DNA of 63,661 nucleotides, the filler included, from Kipferlia bialata (taxonomy: Eukaryota), in the NCBI GenBank assembly GCA_003568945.1. It is 3 parts of 3 records of this genome, joined end to end, with 100 filler letters (N's around TTAATTAATTAA, not from the genome) between each part and the next. Parts side by side here need not be neighbours in the genome. Positions count along the whole stretch, not along the records: positions 25,033 to 49,790 come from BDIP01000219.1; positions 49,891 to 63,661 come from BDIP01000228.1; 1 more part is not named here. One strand, written 5' to 3'. The notes under the pieces were generated by a model, which searched no databases, was not told the origin of the DNA, and was given only the letters and a program-made list of their open reading frames with translations. Within the stretch, counting starts at the first letter, position 1. Each line of letters starts with the position of its first letter. Made by a program: the position numbers and the translations under genes. Below, in pieces: positions 41,392 through 53,211 of the stretch.

Positions 41392-42144
41392 GTCGCTCAC
41401 ACCCTCTCCCACAGTTTGACTACTATCTTTGACTACTATATGTTGGTAACGTAATTATATATGTGTATTATCTGTATCGCACTCACTGCCAGCTCTCCGA
41501 GGAGATCCCCTACAATGGGTTCTATGAGTTCTTTGGCCCCGACTACACCCTTTCGGTGCTACCCAGTAACTGCCAGAACATGAACACAGATAGACAGGTA
41601 TATCTATGCTCTCTCTCTCTCTTTCTTTCTCCCCCCTCCCCATCCCCCTTACCCCCCTATTCACCTTCAGATTGAGGACAAGGTCCTTATATATCTCTCT
41701 CTCTCCTTCTGTCTCTCTTCCCCTATACCCCTTTTAACCACCAGATTGAGGACAAGGTCCGTATGGTGACTGAGCGGTTACGCTCTCTGCCCAATGCCCC
41801 AGGTACAGACATCTCTCTCTCTCTCTCTCTCTCTACATATATATATATATATATATCATATTCTTGTGTATAAGAGAATATGATATATATATAGTATAAC
41901 TGTGTCGATTACACTCACTCTTAGGTGTTGCCCATGGCCGTACCAACCTGGACGCTGCCCCCATAGCTGGAAAGGGTGAGTACTCTCTCTCTCTATATAT
42001 ATATAAATGTATGTGAGTACACACACACACTCTCTCTCTCTCTCTCTGTCTCTCTCTGTCTCTCTCTGTCTCACCCTAGACATGTTCTCCGACTCTGCCG
42101 TTGCCGAGAAGAGGGACGAGGAGGCCGATGTTGCTATGGACTAG
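39667..42144 (+). CDS. Class I histone deacetylase (Rpd3/HDAC1-3 family), C-terminal half only
   Basis: GYGYSVNVDVDDGVDDETYGRMFKPIL...HYR|PSAIVMQCGADSLANDR|LGSFNLTLNGHGDCV...LFLGGGGYTPR|NVSKCWTYETA...EEIPYNGFYEFFGPDYTL...NMN...ERLRSLPNAP|GV...DVAMD* contains the diagnostic class I motifs QCGADSL, GGGGYT, CWTYET and FGPDY. Confidence 0.93.
40095..40475 (+). repeat. Five tandem acceptor/exon-start copies (CTCACCCCCAG|ACCCTCTGCCATTGTGATGCAG) in an HDAC intron
   Basis: Copies near 40104, 40186, 40265 and 40346; the real exon starts near 40425. Copies are separated by (CT)n. Confidence 0.9.
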
Positions 42145-42673
42145 ACACACAGCAAGAGAGAGAGAGTATGGACTAGAGATATTAGCAGGGAGAGAGAGAG
42201 AGATGTGTACCTATGGGCTAGAGAGACCAGATGCGAGATGGAGGCCGAGAGAGATGGAGAGGGTTACTCCGGTCCATTTGGTTGGAGAGACAGATCACTT
42301 ATGATACGATGAGTATGTATGTGTTTGGATGTACATCCATCTGATGATTGGTTGGCCCGTCTCGTAGCACATCTATAGTGTATCTGAGGGGGGAGAGAGA
42401 GAGAGAGAGAACGTCTATGGTGTATCTGAGTCCATGGTCAAGAATAGACATTTCTAAGTAGTCTCCTTCTCAACAGCTGTTACTGACGTTCTACTGATGT
42501 ATATGATTCGGTAGACGTCGTGACGGACGGGATATTCAACCGCGTCTCTTCACTCGTTTCACAAGAGAAATCGGAGAATCGGAGAATCGGAGGGATTGGC
42601 TGTCCAACGTGCCCCTCTCTCAGACACTGTTACCAACATCAACACATCCTATCTGTCCAAGGAGTACCAAGTA

Positions 42674-42904
42674 ATGGTGGTCGGAGAGAGAACTTACAGG
42701 TGAGTAGTAGAGGATTGAAGTGTGTATATACAGTATATGTATTACCCTATGCATACTATATGTTACATACAGTAACTATATCTATGACCCCCCCCCCCCT
42801 CTCCCTTCCATCTCCCTCACTCAGGTGCCAAGCATTGGGTACCGGTGTATGTGCCATGGGCACCAGTCAGCAGTAGGAAGATGATGTGAGTATCTACTAC
42901 CCAA

Positions 42905-42944
<40 letters not shown>

Positions 42945-43944
42945 TTTTGTCTCCCGATGAGCATTATGTGGTGTCTCTCTTAGGTTGTTGCATGGTTAAG
43001 TAGGCTCGCCCTAGCTATTGGTATGTGTGATATTTCGAATATATATGCACGTCACCCCCAATCCACCAAGAGTTGTAAGTATGTGTGTGTACCGCCACCC
43101 ATTCTCACCCCCAGCCTCTGGACCCCCATGAGTACCTGATCTCCGTCGACATCAAGCCCAGTGAGCGGAAGCTGCTGCAGCGCATGTACCTGCCTGTGAG
43201 GCAGACCCAACTGAACAGCAGAGACATCGCAGCCATGGTGGAGGGTACGGCATGATGCAGTCTCTACACTGTCGTGGTTGACAGTCACTATAACTATACC
43301 CTGTACATCTCCCCCTCCCCACCCCACCCACCCCCAGCCAAGTTCCCTCTGACCTATGCCGACAGGACATACAAGGTACACCTATATGTGTATGTATACA
43401 TATACATTGACAGGAAGTATGAGGCGTGTATGGTAGTGTATATTCATAGGTTTCTTTACTGAGTATCATATGAGGCTGTCTGACCGCACACTCACCCCAG
43501 ACCCCGGGTCTCCTCAAGGTCCTGACCTCCCGCACCTGTGGGCATCGCTTTGCTAGGGTGCTCGACTCATTCTCAGAGGTCCAGCTGGCCAAGGTGGGTG
43601 GCCTGTCAATGCAATGTATAGTGTACCATTCCAATACAGATACCCCGAGACATATACCCATATACATACATGTCGTACCGATACTTAACCCACCCACCAC
43701 TCCCTCACCCCCAGCTCGTGGACTCTGCCTCGTCCCATGGCCCTTTGACCCAGAGGGCACCCTACAGGATAGACCAGGAGGGGGTGAGTGGGGTGGCATA
43801 CATATACAGTGTATATATATAAATATATCCTCATGTATGTGTCCCTGATACCCCCTCACCCCCAGACCCGTCTGAACATCAAGGACGTGTTCACCTCTGC
43901 CCACCTATGTCTCATCATGCCCATAGGACCACAGGCTCTCAAGG

Positions 43945-43981
<37 letters not shown>

Positions 43982-45285
43982 AGGGCCCAGGCACTCAAGG
44001 AACAGGGGGGGGGGGGGTAGGAACTGACACTTCTATATGTGAGTCTAGGCTCGGCTATGCTAGGATATGTTTCTCCCTTTCACATATATACCCGTGTCCC
44101 ATGTGTCTATGTGCCCTCCCCCCAGCACCAGCACCAGGCCAGTACCCAGGCCAGTACCCAGGCCAGTAGCCAGGGAGTGCCCTCAGTGCCTATGGACAGC
44201 ATGGGTAGGGCCTGGGTATTATTTGTGTATATAGATAGATAGAATGGTAGCATATATATTGTTATACACGATATTACTTCATGCCGTACACTAATCATGC
44301 ATATACCCACCCCCAGCCGGTCTCCCCCTGCCCTCCCCTCTCGACCTGTCCATGCACCATGGGGTGGCAGGGGTCACCCACCAGACAGCCGTGGCCTCGC
44401 CCCCCTCCATCCCCCCCAGCGGTATGGGCTCATCCAGCATAGACGGCATGGAGGGTGTGGGTGGGCTAGAGGAGCAGAGGGAGAGGGAGAGAGAGAGAGA
44501 GAGAGACAGGAACAGGCGCATGATGCAGACCCTCGAGATGGGTACCCGCACTGACAGGCCTGCCTCTGATGCACCCCCCCAGGGCACAGGCTGGATGGGC
44601 CCTAACGCCACGGGGACAGAGAGACCCCCCCTCTCAGGCACCATGTACTCAGGAGAGGGGTACACCCTGGCACAGACACAGAAGGGGCAGGGCGAGAGAG
44701 AGGGCGAGAGGACCCAGGGCCCCCTATCCCAGCCCCCCCTCCTGCCCACCAACCCCCATGCCCACCCCACAGTGCCTACGGTGCCTACAGACGGCATACC
44801 CAGGGTCAGGGTGCCCAGGGGGTCCAGGGAGAGAGAGACAGGGCCTGAGGGCGAGGACCAGGTGGATGCGTACGTGGCCACCTCAGCCTCTGAGTACACT
44901 GTGTGCCTCGATGTCAAGCCCAGCCAGAGGAAGTGCCTTGAGAGGCTGTACTTCACCATGGCCAAGGACTCTCTGTCTGTGGCCAACCTAGCATTGAGGG
45001 TGCAGGCATACTTCCCAGCGGAGTATGGCGGGGTCACATACGAGGTGGGTGGGGTGATGTAGAGCCATGAGTGTTGTCTCTCTCTGATCATGTCTCTAAT
45101 GTATTTCACACAACCCCCGTCCCCCCTGACCCCAGTACCCTGATGAGATCCATGTTCTGACCAACAGATCCATCGGCCACAAGCAGGCACCCACGCTAGG
45201 GTAGGGGGAATCGTGTAATATGTGTGAATTATTTACCTAGTGAGCGTCTGAAAGAGTGAGTACATGTGTGTATTTATAGATAATT

Positions 45286-45334
<49 letters not shown>

Positions 45335-46132
45335 ACCCCCAGATCTCTCTCAGACATTGTGCTTAAGCAGATAGCATTCAGGCAGGAGTCACGCACACCA
45401 GGTATGGGTACATGTGCATTGGTGTGTGTACACTGATGCTGATACTGAATGCTGTTTCAGACAGGACTCACACACCAAGTGAATGTGCATACTTTGTATC
45501 AGTATCAGTTGTTTTGCGGATCCTTGTATATCCCCCTGTGCGTCTCTCCCCCCAGGCATGCTTGTGTCCAGACACGAGTACGTCAGTGACAACGGCATGG
45601 GCTACACAATATCAAGGTGCGGATGGGGATAGGGTGTTGGCATACACACATGGACACCTGTAGTATGTGATCTCTATCCCTAGCCCACCCCAGACACAAC
45701 TTCGACTCGGCCCACATCTCTGTGTTTGTGAGGGTGGGGGGCGGCACCCCAGACCCAGCCTCCATGACCACCCTGCCAGGCACTACGGTGCACAGGTATG
45801 GGAGGATGTATATATGTATATATATATGTACATATATCTATCTATCACCACCCTGTCAGGCACAGTGGTGCACAGGTATGCACATGGGAGTGTATGGATG
45901 GGTTGACGTGTGTATATGTTCACTGTATATATATTCTAATTCCTGTGTATGGTGTTTGGTGTAAATTCTCACCCACCCACCCACCTCAAGTATATATATA
46001 TGTATAGGCATGAGTTGGTATATGTACCCTACCCACCCCCAGGCCCAAGAGGAAGTACACCAAGGTGTCTCCTACCGCCAAGGACGTTCCCCCTCCCCCC
46101 CCTCCCTCCCAGGGGGTGGGGGAGAGAGACAG
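42674..46132 (+). CDS. Orphan protein with two copies of an unrecognised ~120-aa domain and a PKRKYTK basic motif; start uncertain, 3' end lost at a poly-C tract
   Basis: In-phase GT-AG exons from about 43115 onward; the internal repeat is described in the findings. Confidence 0.7.
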
Positions 46133-46204
46133 GTAGGGGGGCTGTATGTTGTTGCAATGTGCAATTGTATCTGCAAACGTCCACATGAATGTATCCAAAC
46201 TGCT

Positions 46205-46248
<44 letters not shown>

Positions 46249-46310
46249 CCATCACCCCCCCCTCATAGTGTATAGTGACCGAAAGACATAGGCACACTCC
46301 TCACTCCCAG

Positions 46311-49300
46311 GCTATGCACCCAAGTCTGTCTCCCCCGACCCATCTGAGTCCACTGTCTCCTTTGACAGCACTGTTGTAGCTGGTACCACCCTGGACATGA
46401 GTGTTGTGCTCAGGGACAGTGGGGGTAGTGTTGTATCGGACCAGACGACAGTCACTGCCACCCTCAGTATGGGCACCCTGTCCCACTCCTATGAGGCCAC
46501 CTATGAGTCCAGCTTCCAGACATACCTCATCGCTGCCACTGCTCCTACCAGAGCAGGGGACTGGGTGGTGAGTGTGGGGTACACGGGCACCTCCGCCTTC
46601 ATAGCTGATGCCGGTACCATGTCAGTGGTCCCCTCTGCCTTCAGTGCCGCCAAGTCTAGTGTCTCTGGACCCACTGGACCCTTATCAGTGGGGGAGGAGG
46701 TGGCAGTGTACATAGACCCCATGGACGCATTCGGCAATGCAGTCACTACCAACCTCGCTCCCGTTATCACTGCCACTCTCACTCTCTCTGGCCAGTTAGA
46801 CGTGGCAATGGCCGGTGCATACAACACCGACTCAGGGCTCTATACATACACTGGCACCTCTGCTGTGGCCGGGTCCAGCACTGTCGAGGTTGTGTACATG
46901 GATCAGACCTCTGTGGGTTCAGTGGTGGTCCTATACGTGTCCACCAGCAACCCCTACCCCAGCGTTACTCTTGCTGAGTCGAGTGTCACTGCCGGGGAGA
47001 GTGAATCTCTCACTCTCACTGTACAGGATGCGGGAGGGGTGGGACTGACTGCTGAGTCAGTGGAGCTCAGTGTCTACTCCGACCTCTCTGCCTCAGTATA
47101 TCTAGGGCACTCGGGGGATGGTGTGTATACAGGGTCCCTTCCTGTACCCACTGATGCCGTGGGTACCCTTACCATATACGGAAGGGTCCAGGGGGGGTCA
47201 TACCCTGGGTCTGGATACACCCTCACCACCTTCCAGTACAGTGTGTCTGTGCTGCCCAGGGTGCCTAGCTGTACCATCACTAGCACTACACAGGGTGTAG
47301 TAGGGACATCCACAGCACTGGAGGTCACTGTCCTTGATGGGTCCTCCTCCCCCATCACCTGTCTCTCCCTCAGTGTCAGTCACTCCGCCGACATGTCTGG
47401 GAGTGTGTCTCTCTCCCACTCTGCAGATGGCAAGTATGGCGGAAGTGTCACTCTGCCTACTGTGGCCACAGAGAGTCACACCCTCTATGCGCAGTCAACA
47501 GAGGGGTGTGGGTACGGCCAGAGCACATTCCCTCTTGCCTTCACTGTAGACCCCTCCACCCCAGACCCCTCCACCTCCACTGTTACTGTGCCCTCTTCCT
47601 CTGTACAGGCAGGTGAAGAGTTCACAGTGCAGGTGTTACTCAAGGATGAGTACAGTAACACAGTGTCCACCGGGGTGGCACTCACTGTCTCCTTCACCGT
47701 GGGGTCTGAGGTTGTACCCATTGTGGCTGCATATGACGCAGGGACTGCTCTGTACACTGTCACCAGCACCGATGCTATAGACCATGTGGCAGGGACCCAC
47801 ACCCTCAGTATAGGCATCACAGACAGTCCCTCCTTCATGACAGATGCTGGGTCTGTGACAGTCACAGGGGAGGTGGCTGTCCCAGACGCCACGATGACCG
47901 GGTTCAACCTCTTCCTGCCCTCCTCCGACATATCCTATGGCAGTGTGTTCACAGCCACTGTTGTGCTCATGGACGCCTCCTTCACAGCCATCCCCTGGTC
48001 CACCACTGTCACCTTCACATTCACTCAGGAGGGGTCCACGCCTGTCTCCATCGAGGCCGTGTATGACACCAACACCAAGGTGTACACTGTCACCAGCACA
48101 TCCTCTGTACACAGTGTCCCAGGCACATACACAGTGGGGATAGGCTACACTGGGGTGCCTGATTTCATCAGTGAGGCAGGCACTGTCACTGTACTCCCCC
48201 TCGCAGCCTATGCAGACTTCTCTGATGTGCTGCTCTCTGCCAGTACCGTCGAGACAGGTACTCAGTTCACAGTCAGTGTGGTCCTCAGAGATAACAGCTT
48301 CAACGTGCTGGCCACTGAGACGACAGTCACTGTCACATTCACGGTGGGGCAGACTTCAGTACCCATCGTGGCTACATATGACTCAGGCACTGCAACATAC
48401 ACAGTCAGCAGCACTGCAGCTGTGGATGAGGTGGTAGGGGTTCACACAATCTCCGTTGGGTATACTGGGGTCCCCCTCTTCAAGACCGCCTCTGTCACTG
48501 TCAGTGCCCCTGCCACTCCAGATCCAAGTGCATCAGCTGTCACCATCAACACCCCCCAGGTGGCAGGGGCGGCATTCGATGTCTATGTGCAGCTGAAGGA
48601 CGAGTCAGGTGTTGACATTCCTACTGAGACCACTGTGACTGGTACACTCACGATGGGGGAGACCAGCCTGCCCTTCACTGCGACATACCTGGCTGCCGGG
48701 CCTGTGTACACCCTCTCATGCACTGCCACTAAGGCCGGTGTGTACACTGTCAGTATCGCATACACGGACACCCCCTCCTTCATCACCAATGCTGGTACCG
48801 TTACCATTGTACCAGCCGCCATCAGTGCTGCAGCATCAAGGGTTGGCAGTCCCAGCCCTGCCTCAGTCTCTGCAGGGGAGTCCGTCTCTGTGGATGTGAC
48901 TGTCAGTGACTCATACGGCAACCTCATCCCTGTAGATGGGTCCTCCCTCCCCAGCTTCACAGGTGTCATGACCCAGGGTGCGACACAGGCACCCATGAGT
49001 GGAGCACTGGGGGCAGCTGCCAGTACATACACATTCACAGGGACGTTCACCTCCTCAGGCACCGTATCCATTGGTGTATCCTATGACTCTGCATCAGTTG
49101 GAACCACCACTTTTGTTGTCACTGGATCTGCCCCTGATGGGTCTGCCAGTACTGTCTCCCTCCCTGACTCTGCTGTGCCCTCAGGATTCGGGTTCACACT
49201 CTCTGTCATGCTCAGGGATCAGTACTCCAACCCCACCTCCGCTGACACTGGTGTGACTGCCACATTCACCCAGGGCGGTAGTGCAGTGACCATTGATGCC

Positions 49301-49790
49301 ACTGCCTCTGTCTCATCGGTGGGACTGTACATTGTCACTAGTACCAGTGCTGTACACAGCGTGGAGGGGGACCACACTGTGAGTATAGGTGTCGACTCGA
49401 TATCTTCATTCATTACAAGTGCTGGGACTGTCACCATATCTGCCCCTCTGGTACCAGATGGCTCCCAGTCCGTGGTGACCCTCCCATCAGAAGACGTGGT
49501 GGCTGGGGAGGAGTGTGAGGTGTCAGTGGCACTCAAGGACGAGTCTGGGGTGGCCATTGCCATAGACACAGCCAATGTCACAGTCACATTCACTCTGGAT
49601 ACCACTGTGGTACCTAGATCAGCTGTGTTTGACTCAACTACCGAGAAATACATTGCCACGGCGGCACTCTCTCTTGCTGGAGACTACACTGTTAGTGTAG
49701 GTGTGACTGGCACACCAGCTCTCATCCCCTCTGCAGGCACTATCACTATCGTGCCAGGCAGCATCAGCCCCACCCACTGTGTGGTGTCTG
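46311..49790 (+). CDS. Tandem Ig-like (filamin / invasin Big_1-like) beta-sandwich repeats in a single ~3.5 kb exon; both ends of the gene missing
   Basis: An ORF of over 1100 codons with ~100-aa repeats: PDPSxSTVxxP..V.AG..FTVxVxLxDxxGN...TVTxTFT...YTVxxT..AGx(Y/H)TxSIGY...AGTVTV. It is Ser/Thr/Val-rich, preceded by a CTCACTCCCAG acceptor, and runs into the linker. Confidence 0.85.
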
Positions 49791-49890
49791 NNNNNNNNNN
49801 NNNNNNNNNNNNNNNNNNNNNNNNNNNNNNNNNNTTAATTAATTAANNNNNNNNNNNNNNNNNNNNNNNNNNNNNNNNNNNNNNNNNNNN
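49791..49890. other. Artificial contig-join linker (N-run, TTAATTAATTAA, N-run)
   Basis: Same linker as at 24932-25032. Confidence 0.95.
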
Positions 49891-50077
49891 TACAATGAGC
49901 CCCCCCTAAACCCCCCCCCCCCCCCCCATCATACTTTAATGTCATCAGCCATAACCATTCGAGACAGTCTCTCTCCCTGTCTCTCTCTCTCTGTGTATTC
50001 ATTGTTCACATATTGGTGTCTCTACTCCTTCCTCCTCTCACCCCAGGTCCCCTGGTCTCCACACCAGACAGCCCACA

Positions 50078-53056
50078 ATGGCAGAGAGGATCAAGGTGGG
50101 GACTGACTCACTTGCCGGTTGACACATTATTGTACTCTTTCCCGCTCTAGTTCCCTCTATGTCTCTTGTTCACAGACTGCCTCAAGAGTGGTGTCCCCTC
50201 TGTATCTCCCTCACTCTTTGTGCATTGGGTGATTTCTTTGGTGGTATTCATAGATATATACTCTAATCCACAGGCTGCCTGGAGAGTGATGCCCCTTGTC
50301 ACCAAGGTCACGTTCTACACGATATGTGCCCTGTGGCTCTTGAGTGTCTTCTTTGACGCCATGATCACTTACGGGTGAGTGTTATATCACATATGGGTGG
50401 GTGTAGCTAGTGGTTACTGTGTATTTGTTGTTTACGTAAGAAGGATAGAGGAAATAGCTTTAATTGATTCCTGTGTCGATATGCTACCTCTCTCTGTATA
50501 TATCCTCACTCCCCTCAGGTGTTCCCAGCCGAGCCTGGTCTTCCTGAGTGGACAGTGTACGTAAGAACTCTCTCTCTCTTCTTCCTTTTCTCTGTTTCTG
50601 TGCATCTCTCTCTCTCTCTCTCTCTGTGTCTCTCTTGTCTCTGTCTCTTCTCCTCTCTCCTCTTGGTTGTCTTCCATAGTGCATTGTACTGCACCCGTTG
50701 TCTTCATATACTTTCAAGGACACTTACTCTACATGTGCATCCCCTCCCCTATATATATACCCCTGTCTATCTCACATCAGTGTGGCGGCTGGTCACCCCC
50801 CCCTTCCTCCACCTCACCATCTGGCACCTACTTTTCAACGCACTCACCCTGCTGTTCACTGGATACAGGTACACATGGACATACATATATTCACTGATGC
50901 ATATCCATCCCACTAGTTGTCACACCTGTGCCTATATTATCCATGTTTGTATCTAGTTGATCTATTTCCTTTCCATGCCTGTTCCCAACAGGGTATTCTC
51001 GGTGCTGTCTATCTCTTCTTCTCCATCCATAATACTCTCTCTCTATCTATATATTATGGATAGCAGCTAATCGTCAGGCTTGAGCGCCGCATTGGCTCTG
51101 CCCGTATGCTGCACATGATGTCCATGACCATCATCCTCATCAGTGTGCTCAATGTAGGGATCTCATTCATCCTGGCATCCAACCCACTCTACTCGGTATG
51201 TAGTTGCATGCGTGTATACATCTATCTTTGTTATGTTGGCAGTGTATATCAGCTTCTATCCTATTATGGATATCACTAGTTCCTCTCATCATCCCTCAGA
51301 GTGTATCCCCCTCCTAACCCAGATCAATACCTTCTTCTACGAGTGTGCCGTTGGGTATTCTGGGGTCCTGTTTGCATTTGTGGTCGTGGACATCAGGTAC
51401 TGTACTGTGGTCATACCCTTTTCTCTCTTCTTTGTTCTGCTATCTATTGTGGTAGCTAATTGGTCACCTCTTCTTCAGCATGTATCTGTGTAGTCATGCC
51501 GATGCTGCCTTCTAGCCATATAGCATGAGGTTGTATATATATTTAGATATATATATGCCGTGCACTCACCCCAGGGACGCTGGGATCCAGACCATCCCCT
51601 TCTGCTTCCTGTTCAACATCCCAGGTCGGTATATGTTATATATATGGATATATACAGTGATATATATATATGTATATCACTGATCATCTACTAGGTAGGT
51701 GTATAGTATACATGATATATAATATATATGTATCACTGCTCAACATCCCAGGTCGGTATATGTTATATTAGTATATAAGATAATCACTGCTCCATCTAGC
51801 AGGTAGTTCCATTATACATATGTATACATATACGTCTGGTCCGAAGTTCCACTATTGAAACATGTTCATTTTGCCAGATCCCAGGAGTAGAGATATTTAC
51901 CCACTATTGTATATTCTCTGAGTACTACAGTGTATGTTCTCAGCTCTCATCCCAGGCTGGCTGTATCCCTTCATCCTGCTACTGTTTGTGCAGCTGATGA
52001 TGATGCAAGTGTCTCTCATCAGTCACTGCCTGGGCATTCTAGTGGGTGAGTGTCCCTATAGCTGTATAGCTGGTTGTTGGGGGAGTGCTATCTTTATAGT
52101 GTAGTGTCATAGACATACGTAAATATACAATGTGCTCCCCCCTCAATGTCACCATCTCTCTGTCTGTCACCTATCTGTCTATCTGTCTATCTGTCTATCC
52201 TTTGTTGACACCCAGGGTATATGTGGAGTTGGTTCCTGAGAGGCATCATGATCGACAAGAAGGCTAAGGTGGGTGCTATGTAGTTTGCATAGTATTATCT
52301 CTATATCTGTGTCTACTGCATCAAAGTGTGTCCCTAGATTTGCTTGGATTTGTCATATCTAATGACTCTCTTGCCTCTACCCTTCAGGCCTATGAGAAGT
52401 TTGTCTTCCCTGACATTGCACTCAAGCACCCTGGGTTTGTGCCACTCTCGGAGGTATGCAGAGTGTGTTGGCAGTTTGAGTAATTACTAGTGTGTCATCT
52501 TCCATTCAAGGGGTTATTGAGTACTTGTACCATTTCTACAGTGTATAATTACTTATTATACATTGATACTACAGTTGTCATTTCTCTTGGGGTGCTCTCT
52601 TGGTCAATCATTGGATATTACTCTATTCCCTCTCTATTTCGCTACCTTCAGGCCATATCCGATGGGTGCAACAAGCCAGACCGGACAATCAAGCCCACAA
52701 ACGTCCAGAACGGAAGGTGTGTTGCTTGATACATTTTCACTGGATGCCCCTCTACTACAGACGCTCTATATGCTCTCAATACTTTTTACCCCCCCCCCTT
52801 CTCACCCCCAGTCTGTCTGCCAGACACAGCAGCGGCATAGACCTCAGGAGGTATGGTAGCATCATATACATTCAATCCTCACTCTGTACACTTAACCAGC
52901 TGTCATGAATGAATATTGATGATCCTCTGTATGCCTCTCATCTCCAGGGGCACCGTCGACCACTCCATCGAGTCGCAGAGGCCTGTGCCCCCTAAGGGAA
53001 AGAAGGACAAGAAGGAGAAGAAGAAGTTCACTGGGAAGGGGAGGACTATGAATTAG
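50078..53056 (+). CDS. Rhomboid intramembrane serine protease (RHBDD1/RHBDL4-like)
   Basis: MAERIK|AAWRVMPLVTK...GQ|LWRLVTPPFLHLTIWHLLFNALTL...LERRIGS...CAVGYSGVLFA...WLYPFILLLFVQLM...SLISHCLGILVGY. It has the WR motif, HxxxxHxxxN, the catalytic GxSG and the TM6 His, and ends KKFTGKGRTMN*. Confidence 0.9.
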
Positions 53057-53211
53057 GACTGATTGGCTGCCAATAGATTGGATGATTTGGATAGTATATG
53101 ACACGACACCAGTGCATCTATTCTGAAGGTATATCCCTGTGTCAACTGTATATTAGTGTCACGTGGTTAGCTACCACTGCATCTCGTTCGTCTCTCTCCC
53201 TATATCTAAAG

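Noticed and set aside
44131..44172. 12-nt tandem repeat (CAGGCCAGTACC) x3
   Set aside because: An ordinary in-frame low-complexity coding repeat (QAST).
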